Virus record (IMG/VR): IMGVR_UViG_3300017917_002280
Span: 2,307-66,306 of that record
Source: a virus
Strand: one strand, 5' to 3'
DNA length: 64,000 bases
Position numbers and translations under genes: made by a program. Under the pieces are notes generated by a model, which saw only the letters and a program-made list of their open reading frames with translations, was not told the DNA's origin and did not search any database. Numbering within the stretch: the first letter of the stretch is position 1; every line of letters begins with the position of its first letter. Of this stretch, positions 44,439 to 55,102 are shown piece after piece.

Positions 44439-45132
44439 TGATTAACTCTCCCGCCAAATTTGCAATTTTATTAGCAGATTGTTTTGCGTATTTGATTCCA
44501 GATCCAGTGGACATTGTAATCTTTTTGCCAGCAACTGCAGCTTCTCTTTTTAGTAAAAGGCTTATTTTTTTATTGAATCCTGAAGACATTAATACTTCAC
44601 TTGCATTTGATTTCATATATTTATTAAATTGCTCTTCAAAGTTTCCAGCAACATTTCCTCCGGGATTTTTAATTTTAATTTCAGATTTTGTGAATACAGT
44701 TTCACTTCCAACATCAAATCTAAGAACATTGGAGTTTTTGGGTTTGATTGTTACCTGTCTGCCAGATTCCATTATCTCTGCTTTATTTTTAAAAACATAC
44801 CCATTTTTATTTGGTATTGTTGAGTTTAAAAACTTATATTTTATGTTAACATTGCCAAATCCAGCACTTATATCTGCTTTAAATAATTTATACTTATTAT
44901 CTCCAGCCATATCAAATTCATAAACATGTTGATATAGGTATCTATTTGTTCTTGCTAAGCTGGCATAATACTCTTCAAAATATTTAACAAGAGTTTTACC
45001 AGCAGCTAAATTGATTTTAGAAACTATCTCTGGACTATTATGTAAATGATCCAATGTTTTAATTTGATATTGAGCCATATCTAATATTTTTTCTGGCATT
45101 TCTCCAGTGTTCATTTTCATCATTAATCTCAT
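44431..45132 (-). CDS. Neck / tail completion protein
   Basis: Position, plus FKNKAEIMESGRQVTIKPK motif. Confidence 0.55.
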   Translation of the reverse strand: MRLMMKMNTGEMPEKILDMAQYQIKTLDHLHNSPEIVSKINLAAGKTLVKYFEEYYASLARTNRYLYQHVYEFDMAGDNKYKLFKADISAGFGNVNIKYKFLNSTIPNKNGYVFKNKAEIMESGRQVTIKPKNSNVLRFDVGSETVFTKSEIKIKNPGGNVAGNFEEQFNKYMKSNASEVLMSSGFNKKISLLLKREAAVAGKKITMSTGSGIKYAKQSANKIANLAGELIND

Positions 45133-45653
45133 GATAACTTTTGAACCTCCTGTCTAAATAATGCCGTCTCGTATTCAAGCACTGATCCGTCAAAGTTGAT
45201 TATTGGAGTACTTCCCCTTGGCTCAAATATTGTTGAGCCCTCGTATCCGCCAGAGCTTGACGGATCTTGAGATTCTAAAAATATATTACCATTATTATTT
45301 CTAATTTTAACAACTCTTCTGTCTGATGGTATAAGTTGGTTGCATCTTATTTTTATAACTCCATATAAAAAGTTTGTGTAGTCTTCAATATTTCCAACAA
45401 ATGAATTATCTCTTAGTCCAGATTTTATATCAGTTTTTACAAGACATTCAACTGTTTTTTCAAACACATATGTTTTTGTTACCGCTCCAATATCATCTTG
45501 GCTTATTGTTGGCTTATATATATCCGCCTTCATCGTATAACTTATTGATGTTAGGCACACCATGTTATATAATCCTTGGATTAATTTTAAGACTTTTATA
45601 TTTTTGTATAATGTGATCTGCCAAAATATTGCCAGAGCCATCTTGGAATCCAT
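45129..45653 (-). CDS. Head closure / stopper-like protein (true start probably near 45563)
   Basis: MKADIY...QDDIGAV.K...FEPRGSTP. Position in the head-tail cluster. Confidence 0.55.
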   Translation of the reverse strand: MDSKMALAIFWQITLYKNIKVLKLIQGLYNMVCLTSISYTMKADIYKPTISQDDIGAVTKTYVFEKTVECLVKTDIKSGLRDNSFVGNIEDYTNFLYGVIKIRCNQLIPSDRRVVKIRNNNGNIFLESQDPSSSGGYEGSTIFEPRGSTPIINFDGSVLEYETALFRQEVQKLS

Positions 45654-46521
45654 CGGCGTATTCTATAGTGTAGGAGTCATTTTGTAATTTCTTTATGTTT
45701 TTATTTCTAACTGCAATATCTCTACAGAACCTATCTTCAACCATCATAACTGTTGCCATTTCAATTTCTGATGGAACTATGTCCCAACCAAAAACACCCT
45801 TTACGGTATATCTAGTATTCTTTTTAAATAAATTTTCATATGTTATTAGATATACTCCGGTGTGTTCAAATACTCTGTCTCCAGTTCCAGTTATATAGTC
45901 TACAGAAATTGAATTACCTTCTGTGTTTCCTTCAGCACCGATAGCTCTGACAGAATATTTATCAACATCACTTTCTGAAACATAGCTTGCGCTGAATGGA
46001 TCGGCTGATGATGTATAAACAAGAACATCCTCTTCATATATTTCATTAATAAATAAAATTCTTTTATCTAAATAAAGAACATCAGAATCTTCTCCATATG
46101 CAACAACTATTTTATTTTCTCTATAAAAATTTTCAAGAACCTCAGATTGAATATATGTTCTTACTCTTCTTTCTTCAGTAATTAATTTTCTATCACTTAC
46201 CGGAGATGGAAATTCTATATCTTCTCTTAATTTATTTAATGTTGCAAAAGGCCTGCTGATTTCAAAAAAGTTAGTTTGTGTTGCGGATGAACTGACAAAG
46301 CTTGATGTTGTTATAATCTTTACTTTTCTATCGTAAGATGAGGAATCATCGTCTAATGTAAGATTAAAATATCCAGTGCTTCCAGAATAAACCGCCTGTC
46401 CTTGAAAAACATCTTGTAGGGTATCCATATCTGTAACAATACAGTTGACAGAAACAGGACTACCTGATATTGGAATCGGGATTATTGTGTTTTCTGTGTC
46501 AGACCTTAAAATTTCTTGCAT
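45565..46521 (-). CDS. Head-to-tail adaptor
   Basis: VKGVFGWDIVPSEIEMAT...GSGNILADHII. Follows the capsid gene. Confidence 0.7.
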   Translation of the reverse strand: MQEILRSDTENTIIPIPISGSPVSVNCIVTDMDTLQDVFQGQAVYSGSTGYFNLTLDDDSSSYDRKVKIITTSSFVSSSATQTNFFEISRPFATLNKLREDIEFPSPVSDRKLITEERRVRTYIQSEVLENFYRENKIVVAYGEDSDVLYLDKRILFINEIYEEDVLVYTSSADPFSASYVSESDVDKYSVRAIGAEGNTEGNSISVDYITGTGDRVFEHTGVYLITYENLFKKNTRYTVKGVFGWDIVPSEIEMATVMMVEDRFCRDIAVRNKNIKKLQNDSYTIEYADGFQDGSGNILADHIIQKYKSLKINPRII

Positions 46522-46562
46522 GCAAGCAACAACTCCTTTAGTATATTTTACTATATAAATAA

Positions 46563-46597
46563 TAATAAAGGGGTGGCATTGCTGCCACCCCTTTATT
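46563..46597. terminator. Hairpin terminator after the capsid gene
   Basis: aataaaggggtggca-ttgc-tgccacccctttatt inverted repeat. Confidence 0.8.
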
Positions 46598-46611
46598 GTT
46601 GATAAGGATTA

Positions 46612-47760
46612 TCAGCTCTTTACATAAGCAAATGCTGAAGCCTCTTCGATGTTTACGCCCATACGGACATAGACTGTGTACTCTACTGTGTCCTTCTTTG
46701 GCTTGAACTCGCGGTGTACAGTGATGTCTCTCTGGAATCCCCAAACGCGGTTGGTTGGGAATGTTAGGTCAACATAAGTGTCTGGGTACAATGGAACCTC
46801 AAGAACTGGGATTCCGAATACCTGATACTGAGCTCCTGCTGGTCCTCCAACTCTTGGACGACCACCATTGAGAACTTCGTTGGCGATTTCCTGAGTTGAG
46901 TTACCGATTCCTCCTGAGTATCCAACCTTTCTTAGATCTGAGAGTAGGGTCTGAATGTTCTTTGTAGAACCATAAACCTTAAGCTCATTTCTTCTTTGCT
47001 GGAACTTACGGGGGAGTGCGTTGTATAGTGCTTCAATTGCTAGAATTGCAGAACCTGCAGCTGTGCTTAGACCAGTTGCTGTGAAGTAAGTTGCAGATGC
47101 AATTCCAGTTGCTGCTCCAAAGTGATTGTCACCAGATGCAGATGAACCTACAAGCTGAACGAATCCGTCCAGTGTGTATGGGTATGTTGCTCCGGTGTAA
47201 ACTCCAGCAGATGCTGCAACACCGTTAATTGCAATGTCCTCAAGGTCGTTACCGAACTGTACAGCCATTAGTCTTGCGATGTGATCTTCCAAACCAGCTC
47301 CCTCAATGTTATCCTCAAGGGCCTCTGTTGAAAGCTCGTAGTCAAGACGGAACTTGGTTGTTACAACCTCAACCTTGGTGAACTGTGCGTTACCCAAGTT
47401 GTCTGCATAGGGATAGTCTGGGCTTGTTGCTGCGGCAGTACCTGCCTTGAATACACCAATACCAGCCTGATTTGCCTTACGAACAACTCTTGATCCAACC
47501 TGAATCTTGTCAAGTTCCATTGTGTTTGCCTGCATGACAACTCTACGACCATCCTTTGCCAAAACCATCTGGTCAAAGATGTAGTCAATGAACTGACGAC
47601 TCTGTGTTGGGAGTAGAGCACCACCAGCGTTAGCAGTTAGATCTGAACCACCATTTCCACCGTATGTTCCAGATGTACCAATTTCACCATTTAGACCAGT
47701 ACGGATGGACTGAGTAATGTTACCGGGAGAACCCGCTGCCTTCTCTATTATTTCACTCAT
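46612..47760 (-). CDS. Major capsid protein (HK97 fold)
   Basis: GALLPTQSRQFIDY, LSTEALEDNIEG, FGNDLEDIAING and REFKPKKDTVEYT. Follows the protease/scaffold gene. Confidence 0.9.
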   Translation of the reverse strand: MSEIIEKAAGSPGNITQSIRTGLNGEIGTSGTYGGNGGSDLTANAGGALLPTQSRQFIDYIFDQMVLAKDGRRVVMQANTMELDKIQVGSRVVRKANQAGIGVFKAGTAAATSPDYPYADNLGNAQFTKVEVVTTKFRLDYELSTEALEDNIEGAGLEDHIARLMAVQFGNDLEDIAINGVAASAGVYTGATYPYTLDGFVQLVGSSASGDNHFGAATGIASATYFTATGLSTAAGSAILAIEALYNALPRKFQQRRNELKVYGSTKNIQTLLSDLRKVGYSGGIGNSTQEIANEVLNGGRPRVGGPAGAQYQVFGIPVLEVPLYPDTYVDLTFPTNRVWGFQRDITVHREFKPKKDTVEYTVYVRMGVNIEEASAFAYVKS

Positions 47761-47791
47761 TTTTTGCTTTCACCTCTTTTCCTTTTTTATT

Positions 47792-49678
47792 TTAGTTGAA
47801 GATATTTTCTTTGCCGAGGAAGCGTCCACCCCAGATTGACTTTTCAGTCTCTAGGGCTTCTGGAAGAGCACCTTCAAACTCTCCAGACTTCTTTATGGCA
47901 GTATCATTTTCTACAGATTCTACTCTGTTAATGATTGCTACCAAACCTTTTTCCAACTCTTCATATTTTGCCTGAAGAGTTCCAACCTTATCATCAAAGG
48001 ACTTAACCAGTCCCTCTACAACTGTGTTTACCTTTGACAAGGAATCGTTTGTTGAATCAAAACTCTTTGAGATTGATTCTCCGATGAATGACTTGATTTC
48101 ATCCAAAGCCTTTGTAATTTCTACTTCTTCGGAGGCGTCTGCGGCATTCTCAGTCTCATCTTCTGGACTGAGAGACTTCTCAACAACATCGGAGGCTTCT
48201 TCAGTTGCCTCTTCTACCGTCTCCTCAATTTCGAATTCAACTTCTTCTGTCTCTACAGTTTCAGTTGTTTCTTCAGCCTTGGCGGTGTCAAGTTCTTCAT
48301 GACTGTCTGTGTTTTCAGCCATTTCAACACCTCCTTCATTAGTGTTTGAATTTAAAGACTTTATGAGAATATCACTCACAATAGTCTTTTCTGCCAGAGC
48401 TGACTCTGACAAATCTATTTCTTTTTTTATACCAAAAAATCTAGAAAGAAACTTTTTCATTGTTTGGGAGCCCTTTCTATCTGACTTTGCAATCTGAACA
48501 GAGTATTCCCCCATGCTTTCTTCTACCCAGACATTTTTTGGTTCTTTTTGATTTACAAGCGATGAAACTTTAAGTTTTTTTGCTTCTGAAATATTTACAG
48601 CAGTAACTTTCTTCGACAAAGAATGTTTTCCATTTTCCAATTGCTTATATACACTAATTATAGCAACAGGATTTTCTTTGGTTGCTTTTATTATTTTCCC
48701 AGATTTATTGAATTTAAATGTTCCAGATTCTTTTATATCTGAAACCATTCCTTTTTCATATGAATCGCCATCTTTATAAATTACAAAATCTCCAGTCTTT
48801 GGCTTTCCAGCAACAGTTTTCCAAACTATCTTCTTTTTCTTTACCGTTTTTTGGGGAAGTCCACCCTTAACTCCTTGGACTGGTTTTTTAGCAGTAGCAG
48901 GCGGGGCAGTAACAACTTCCTTCTCAATTGTCATTGATTTTACAAGTGTAGACATTGCTTTTGAGATGCCTTCTTCATCTGTTTCATCTATCCATCCAAT
49001 TTGTGATGTTGAGCATTTACAGAAAACACATTCATGTTTATCGCCTTCCGATAAGAAGGCTTTTTTGTCTGATTCACACCAAAAAACATTTTGAATGTTT
49101 GATTTATTGAAAATTCCGTCTGCTACGAACCTGCCATCATCAGTTTTTTGAATAGAAAAAATATTTGCAAGTTGATTTGCTGGCGTATCCACAAGTGAAA
49201 GTTCTGTAATTTCATAATCTTTTATAATTCTAACTGGAGCCTCATCTTCATCATCCATCATCATTTCAGTGTCTAGAGCTCTTCCGCCAATACTAAATCC
49301 AGTAAGTGTGCCATCTAAAACCATTTGCCAGATATTTTCTGCGCCTTTTGAAATGTAGGCATCAACAAAAACTCCGGTGTATGTTTTTTTAGTTTGAGGA
49401 TCAAAAAAGTCATTTTGTCTAAAAGAAACAAGTTTTCCAGCAGGAATTGGCTGGTGCATCAATCTTACATTGCCGCGAAAATTTTCAAATGCTTTTAACG
49501 ATGCTTCAATGAGAACTTTATCGCCTTGGCGGTCAACATTGTCAAGAGTGGCAAACCCACTTACTATTCTTTTCTCAACATCCACTTTTGAGACTGGCAT
49601 TGAAAGTTTTATTGTTTCGTTATCATTCTCAAAATGGGCCTTAATTATAAAATCCATAGCTATATCATTATAATGCAT
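47792..49678 (-). CDS. Prohead protease fused to scaffold
   Basis: RIVSGFATLDNVDRQGD, RLMHQ, GFSIGG and ELSLVDTPAN (HK97-type protease), followed by an acidic coiled-coil C-terminus. Confidence 0.88.
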   Translation of the reverse strand: MHYNDIAMDFIIKAHFENDNETIKLSMPVSKVDVEKRIVSGFATLDNVDRQGDKVLIEASLKAFENFRGNVRLMHQPIPAGKLVSFRQNDFFDPQTKKTYTGVFVDAYISKGAENIWQMVLDGTLTGFSIGGRALDTEMMMDDEDEAPVRIIKDYEITELSLVDTPANQLANIFSIQKTDDGRFVADGIFNKSNIQNVFWCESDKKAFLSEGDKHECVFCKCSTSQIGWIDETDEEGISKAMSTLVKSMTIEKEVVTAPPATAKKPVQGVKGGLPQKTVKKKKIVWKTVAGKPKTGDFVIYKDGDSYEKGMVSDIKESGTFKFNKSGKIIKATKENPVAIISVYKQLENGKHSLSKKVTAVNISEAKKLKVSSLVNQKEPKNVWVEESMGEYSVQIAKSDRKGSQTMKKFLSRFFGIKKEIDLSESALAEKTIVSDILIKSLNSNTNEGGVEMAENTDSHEELDTAKAEETTETVETEEVEFEIEETVEEATEEASDVVEKSLSPEDETENAADASEEVEITKALDEIKSFIGESISKSFDSTNDSLSKVNTVVEGLVKSFDDKVGTLQAKYEELEKGLVAIINRVESVENDTAIKKSGEFEGALPEALETEKSIWGGRFLGKENIFN

Positions 49679-49690
49679 TTTTGTTTATTA

Positions 49691-51334
49691 TTAGGCTTGT
49701 TGCCTTCCCTCCCCTTTTGGAGAGCGTGGATTTCCATCTGAATCTGAAGCATTGGACTGTCTATTTTGATCCCTAAGTCTATTTCCAGTATTTTGTGTGT
49801 TTACCTCAGCCTTTTGCTGTGCATTTAATTCTACTGGCTCGTCTCCTGAATCAAGTGATGATAGGTTTAGTCTGTTTCTGACTTCATTAGGTACAATAAC
49901 CTTCATTCTTAAATATCTCTCATCAATCTTTGATTGAGTTTCTTCATCAGTCATTGTAAGTTCATTGAACTGTAGTTTGAATGAATCTGTTTTCTCCGCG
50001 ACAATCTGATTAATTCTTTTTTCTAGTGCATCCTGAGCTGGACGACAAACCTGCTCTTTAAATGTTCTATCATATTCTCTAGCTGCTGCTAAACTGACAT
50101 TATCACTTGAACCAATTTTGGATGCTGGCATTCTGTGTGCCATTAGAATCTCTGCATTATTCATCTTCTTGTACTTCTCAAATGATGCGTCTTGAATATC
50201 TGTTTCAATCGGCTCCATCTTCATTTCAACTTTTTGAGTTTCTGTGTCTCCCGGAATTGGAATAATAACAGTTCTGTGGTTTGCCCCACGCAGATTTCCT
50301 TGGAAGAACTCAAATAATCTTTGTTCTGCTGCAGGAGACATTTTTGCTCCCTTTAGCCAGAAAATGTACCTTGGAGTTGCTTTGTTTTCAAAGTAGTCAA
50401 GGTTGAACTTGGCTGAGAGTTCGTTTCCACTCATTGCCATTTGTGCTGGTACAATTGCAGGAATTCCGTAGTATGTATTTGTGGGTGTGTAATTCTTAAT
50501 ATGAATAATCTCATTTGGTCTTTCATCAATTCCGAATGGGTTTGTTTCTTTTCCTTGGAAATTTCTAAAGAAGACGGCTCTGCCCTGAACAATCTGAACA
50601 AATCCATCTCTTAGTCTTCTTACACGCATTGTTGAAGATGGAATGTGTCCAATATATCCAATCTCTCCAGTTGTCTTTCTTCCAATTTCGATATACCCGT
50701 TTCCAGTTGCCTCAGCATCAATAAATACCTTCATCAGTGTTGAGGTAAGAGTATCATCGTCATTTCTTGATTCGAGCCAGTCTAATACTTCTTCCTTTTG
50801 TCTTGCAAGCTTCTTTCTTGCACGAGAAAGCATTTCTGCATCATCAAGATCTTCAAGCTTTTGCTTAACAATTAGTGTTGGAACAAGGTCATATCCTAAT
50901 CCAACAATATTAGCTGCTTTGGCATTAATTGCTGCATAGTTTGGCGCAGAAGTTTCATAAATCTTTGATAGTTGATATAGATTATATGGTGGCTCTACAC
51001 AGTCAAAGAGTCCGTATCCGGCCCTCATTAAGACAATTTGTTTCGTCTTTGCTTGATCTCCAGAATATTCATTATTATCTGCAATCATCGGTCTGCCGTA
51101 TCTATCATACTGTGTTACGGTAGTTGTGCTGTTACTAATTTGCATTGTTGTTGTAGAAACAGCTTTCTCAATTTTTCTTTTAGCAGATCTTTTAAAGTTT
51201 GTACTTAGCCCACCAAGTGTTAAAATTTCATTATACGACTTTGAAAACTCGTCTTTAAATTGTGGCACAGGGCTTTCTAATGCAGAGCCAATGCTAATAT
51301 TATTGATTGTGTTGTCGTCTTGCTCTAGCGGCAT
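49691..51334 (-). CDS. Portal protein
   Basis: EPPYN, GNGYIEI, NEIIH, YYGIP, YFENKATPRY, ILMAHRMP and PNEVR. Confidence 0.9.
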   Translation of the reverse strand: MPLEQDDNTINNISIGSALESPVPQFKDEFSKSYNEILTLGGLSTNFKRSAKRKIEKAVSTTTMQISNSTTTVTQYDRYGRPMIADNNEYSGDQAKTKQIVLMRAGYGLFDCVEPPYNLYQLSKIYETSAPNYAAINAKAANIVGLGYDLVPTLIVKQKLEDLDDAEMLSRARKKLARQKEEVLDWLESRNDDDTLTSTLMKVFIDAEATGNGYIEIGRKTTGEIGYIGHIPSSTMRVRRLRDGFVQIVQGRAVFFRNFQGKETNPFGIDERPNEIIHIKNYTPTNTYYGIPAIVPAQMAMSGNELSAKFNLDYFENKATPRYIFWLKGAKMSPAAEQRLFEFFQGNLRGANHRTVIIPIPGDTETQKVEMKMEPIETDIQDASFEKYKKMNNAEILMAHRMPASKIGSSDNVSLAAAREYDRTFKEQVCRPAQDALEKRINQIVAEKTDSFKLQFNELTMTDEETQSKIDERYLRMKVIVPNEVRNRLNLSSLDSGDEPVELNAQQKAEVNTQNTGNRLRDQNRQSNASDSDGNPRSPKGEGRQQA

Positions 51335-51641
51335 CCTGCCACGCTCCTAAATCTCCTAATGGAAGAAGACCATTATTAATTCTATCTAGGTCCTCTTGAT
51401 ATTCTTCTTCTGTTGCCCTTCCGACACCCGCCAAAAAGACTGGTTCCCCTTCTGGTTGACCATAGTACTCTGCAGCTTTTCTAATTGTAGCCATCTTAGA
51501 AAAGTCATATCTCGTTGATGGAATGTTTAACACATTGCCATTTTCATCCATAAATAGCTTCCCTGTGGGCAATCTCCAAGCATAAAGACCATAATCTGCC
51601 TTGTTCTCTACCACAGTAAGCTTACTATTTTGCATGTCCAT
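51300..51641 (-). CDS. Hypothetical protein upstream of portal (leaderless)
   Basis: TGGTATCAT lies 6 nt upstream of the ATG. Confidence 0.65.
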   Translation of the reverse strand: MDMQNSKLTVVENKADYGLYAWRLPTGKLFMDENGNVLNIPSTRYDFSKMATIRKAAEYYGQPEGEPVFLAGVGRATEEEYQEDLDRINNGLLPLGDLGAWQDAARARRQHNQ

Positions 51642-51671
51642 ACACCAATGATACCATTTTTTGATTATCTA

Positions 51672-54600
51672 TTATCTAGAAATATATTTAACTTTATATC
51701 TATCTTCAAAAATATTAAGTTTAAGGTTTCCAGATATTCTGTCAACTGAGCAGTATATGTCTGCATATTGCTGTCCTTCTGAAACAAAGAATAATTTTTT
51801 GTCGTCAAGCGCCACCTTTGTTGATGAAGGATAAACAACGCTTCCACTAGAAACTGAAACTGTATAGATTCCAGCTGTTGAAGCATCTCCACTTGTAAGT
51901 TTTATTTGTGTTCCTGCTGCTACTGAAGATGATAGGAATATTAGGTCTGTGATAATACTTGAAGATAAGTAAACATTTTGACTTGATCCTAGCGTTCCCA
52001 AATCAAGATATGGAGCGTAATATGATGAGACATATGAACCACTAAGAGATGGGTATGACGGAATAGTTATTGACCAAGATTTTGGCGGACTTGCTTTTAC
52101 AGAGTTTAACATTTTATTGTAATTTTCTACATCAGAACTGGTTGTTAAGTCTATTGCTAAAAATTTCTGTGTATTTGTTTGAGTGAATCCTGAGATATTA
52201 AATGAATAAGACTCTTGATTGGTATCACCATCATAGACGAGAACCTTATCGCCATTTTGTAAACGATACCCATCGATAAACTGATCGCTAAATGCTGTAT
52301 ATGATGCATTTACAGACACTGAGGATGTTTTTAAAGCTTTCACATAATTAACAGATCCGGACTTGTTTTCTCCAGTAAACAGTTGAATTTTATCAGATAG
52401 TGCTATAGCAGATGCAGAAATTTCTTTGTCCATAAAAGCAATTGAAACTCTTGAGGACGATGTAGATCCATATGTTTTTGTTAGGTCGTATGTGGCACTT
52501 GCACCATCTTTAATTATATTTACTGGATACGCATAACCAGAAACTTGCAAATCGTACAAGCTTTTGAAATCTTTATCTGCCATTGTCTTTCCAATAAATA
52601 AGAGTTCGTCAACGAAATACGGTATTGCGCTTGATGATTTTGATCCAATTGTTAGAACAGATCCAGATGAGTTGCTTATTGCATTTGTAAGCACTATTCC
52701 TACAGAAACCCATCTATCCTTATAGAATGCAACGCTTCCAGATGTTGGAGTTAGACTCGCTCCATTTATATATATTTTACTTACAAACGATGTGTTTATA
52801 TTTATTGATGCACCAGAATTTGTTATTGTTAGCAGCGGCGAATTACCTATTGAAAATACTGGAGCTTGTGTTAATCCAGCAATTGTTGATGGGGCATAAA
52901 TGTATGATGATATTGCTGTTGTGCTTGATGTGCTAAAGGATAATGGTATTTCTGCATAATTTCCACTGCCCGATAATAATAATCCAGAATCTTCAATTGA
53001 ATTATTTATAAATGGAGTTAATTTTGCTGGTGGCAACATTCCTAGACCATTATTATTTTTATTAAATAAAGAAATGTTTGGTGTTCCAGTATTCACAACC
53101 AACGATGATGATTGCAATCCATAAAATTTAAAATATGAAAGATGTGGTAAATATGTGTCTACATCATCTGTATTGAAAATAATATCAAACGATATTGCCG
53201 AGGAAGAAATAGCTGAAAGTTCAGAGTATGACGCGGGATAAACAATGCATTGTGATGATGAGAATATTCTAACGCTTGATGTTAAAACTCCGCTAATGTA
53301 TGAATTTATTTGTATTTTTATGGCTGAAGATGATGTAGAAATATTATCTTGGTCTGGAAATGAAAAATCTAATCTATTATTATAGATATAATATCCATCA
53401 GATTCTAATTTTGCTATTGATGCTAATTGTATTTTTTCAGTTGAAAGTTTTTCATTATACATTCCATATGCCATCTTTCCGGTTGATGGCTGATATTGCA
53501 TTAAATGATATGGAAGTGTATCGTCATTGTTTGTGTATGCATATGGCAAACCAAATTTTATTGACTTTACATAGCCAAGGTATGAATTATCTCCTGCAAT
53601 AGATGAGTATGCAACACCTCCAGTATCAGTTTGCGACCCAATTCTAAGTGAGTTTGTTGAGGAAATCCAAGAATAATTTGAATCGGCTCCAATTCCAAAT
53701 GAGTATGAGCTTGTTACTGTTGGCGGGTTTCCAGTTTTTTGATATAAATATATCCCTTCTGAGTATTTTGCTATTCCAACAACAAAAGCTTCTCCAGCAG
53801 ATATGCTTGCAGAAAAATATCCAGACGCTGCAGCATTGCCTCCCCAATCAGAGATAACATATTTTGTTACATTTTTTGATGCGGTTGCTCTTTCTTGGTA
53901 TATCCAAACATTAGAAAGAGAATTTGTTGAATATAAATAATAAAGTGTTGCAGATGATCCTGCAGCAAATATAGAGCTTGCTGTTATCGTTGACTCTATC
54001 CAAAAACTATTAGTTGAATCAAGTGAATACTTTGATATTGGTGATATCTGAACTATATTGCCTTTTTGTAATATCGCACCGCTTGATGTTCCGGAATTTA
54101 AGGTAAATGTTCCAGTTGCTTTTCTTAAAAACTCAGTATTGTAATTTTTATTTTGCGATGATAGAAATATTGAATTTGATGTTGGATTTATTTTTAATCC
54201 GTTTGTGGCAGTGATTGCACCTGCATCGAACAATGCCGACCATTGCTCATATGAATTTGCATTTAATGGTGTGTTTTTTACCTGATAATATGTTATCTTG
54301 TCACTTTGCAAATTCATTGAATAAGAAAAGGCACTTAAATCTTTATAGTATTCGCTTGGAATTGAATAGCCCTGCCCCTTAATATAATGTTGATATATTG
54401 TAGTGTCCGACAAGACATAATCATATATTGATATGCAAGATATTTCCATGCTTGAATATGAACTTCCAAAAACAATATAATCATCATTTACATTGTATGT
54501 GGGAAGGCTTGGTGGAGTTGTGAATGATTGTGATACTTTTATTCCATTGCATATCAAAAACATCGCACCTTTTGTTGTTCCAGCAACAATATGAAGCGGC

Positions 54601-55094
54601 TGATTAAATTTATCTATTGGTAAAGATAATGTTTTTTGATCTTTAAGATTTATATTATCTCCACCATATGTAAAAATTATATGTTGGTCCTTCATGGAAA
54701 TTCCGCTTGGAATTCCTGAAGTATTGAAGCCATACCAATCTCTCATTATCCATTTTTCAGTTGATGATACATCTGATGGAGAAAGTCTAATCCAAAATTC
54801 TATTGATTGATCTTTGAATCTATTTCTTTCTGTAAGAAAAAGAAATCCGGGAACTTTAAGATAAAATGCAGATGCAGTTCCTCCAAAATAATTGCTTACA
54901 TTATTTCCATTAACCAGTGGAACTTCATATGATGGCAGAGCATTTGATGTGCTAAATGTTTTAGAGTTATTCAAAACAGATGCAGACTGAGATGTATAAA
55001 TTGAATATGCATCAAAGTATCCATTTGAAGACTTTTGATCTAATGGATATGTGACAAATGGAATGTCTTTTTGTATCAGATGCTTATAGGCCAT
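51672..55094 (-). CDS. Large LamG/concanavalin-like virion protein
   Basis: SIEFWIR, PLHIVA...LICNG and ISIYDYVLS...I.QHY LamG-like motifs. Leaderless TATAAT promoter. Confidence 0.65.
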   Translation of the reverse strand: MAYKHLIQKDIPFVTYPLDQKSSNGYFDAYSIYTSQSASVLNNSKTFSTSNALPSYEVPLVNGNNVSNYFGGTASAFYLKVPGFLFLTERNRFKDQSIEFWIRLSPSDVSSTEKWIMRDWYGFNTSGIPSGISMKDQHIIFTYGGDNINLKDQKTLSLPIDKFNQPLHIVAGTTKGAMFLICNGIKVSQSFTTPPSLPTYNVNDDYIVFGSSYSSMEISCISIYDYVLSDTTIYQHYIKGQGYSIPSEYYKDLSAFSYSMNLQSDKITYYQVKNTPLNANSYEQWSALFDAGAITATNGLKINPTSNSIFLSSQNKNYNTEFLRKATGTFTLNSGTSSGAILQKGNIVQISPISKYSLDSTNSFWIESTITASSIFAAGSSATLYYLYSTNSLSNVWIYQERATASKNVTKYVISDWGGNAAASGYFSASISAGEAFVVGIAKYSEGIYLYQKTGNPPTVTSSYSFGIGADSNYSWISSTNSLRIGSQTDTGGVAYSSIAGDNSYLGYVKSIKFGLPYAYTNNDDTLPYHLMQYQPSTGKMAYGMYNEKLSTEKIQLASIAKLESDGYYIYNNRLDFSFPDQDNISTSSSAIKIQINSYISGVLTSSVRIFSSSQCIVYPASYSELSAISSSAISFDIIFNTDDVDTYLPHLSYFKFYGLQSSSLVVNTGTPNISLFNKNNNGLGMLPPAKLTPFINNSIEDSGLLLSGSGNYAEIPLSFSTSSTTAISSYIYAPSTIAGLTQAPVFSIGNSPLLTITNSGASININTSFVSKIYINGASLTPTSGSVAFYKDRWVSVGIVLTNAISNSSGSVLTIGSKSSSAIPYFVDELLFIGKTMADKDFKSLYDLQVSGYAYPVNIIKDGASATYDLTKTYGSTSSSRVSIAFMDKEISASAIALSDKIQLFTGENKSGSVNYVKALKTSSVSVNASYTAFSDQFIDGYRLQNGDKVLVYDGDTNQESYSFNISGFTQTNTQKFLAIDLTTSSDVENYNKMLNSVKASPPKSWSITIPSYPSLSGSYVSSYYAPYLDLGTLGSSQNVYLSSSIITDLIFLSSSVAAGTQIKLTSGDASTAGIYTVSVSSGSVVYPSSTKVALDDKKLFFVSEGQQYADIYCSVDRISGNLKLNIFEDRYKVKYISR

Positions 55095-55102
55095 AAACTA
55101 TA

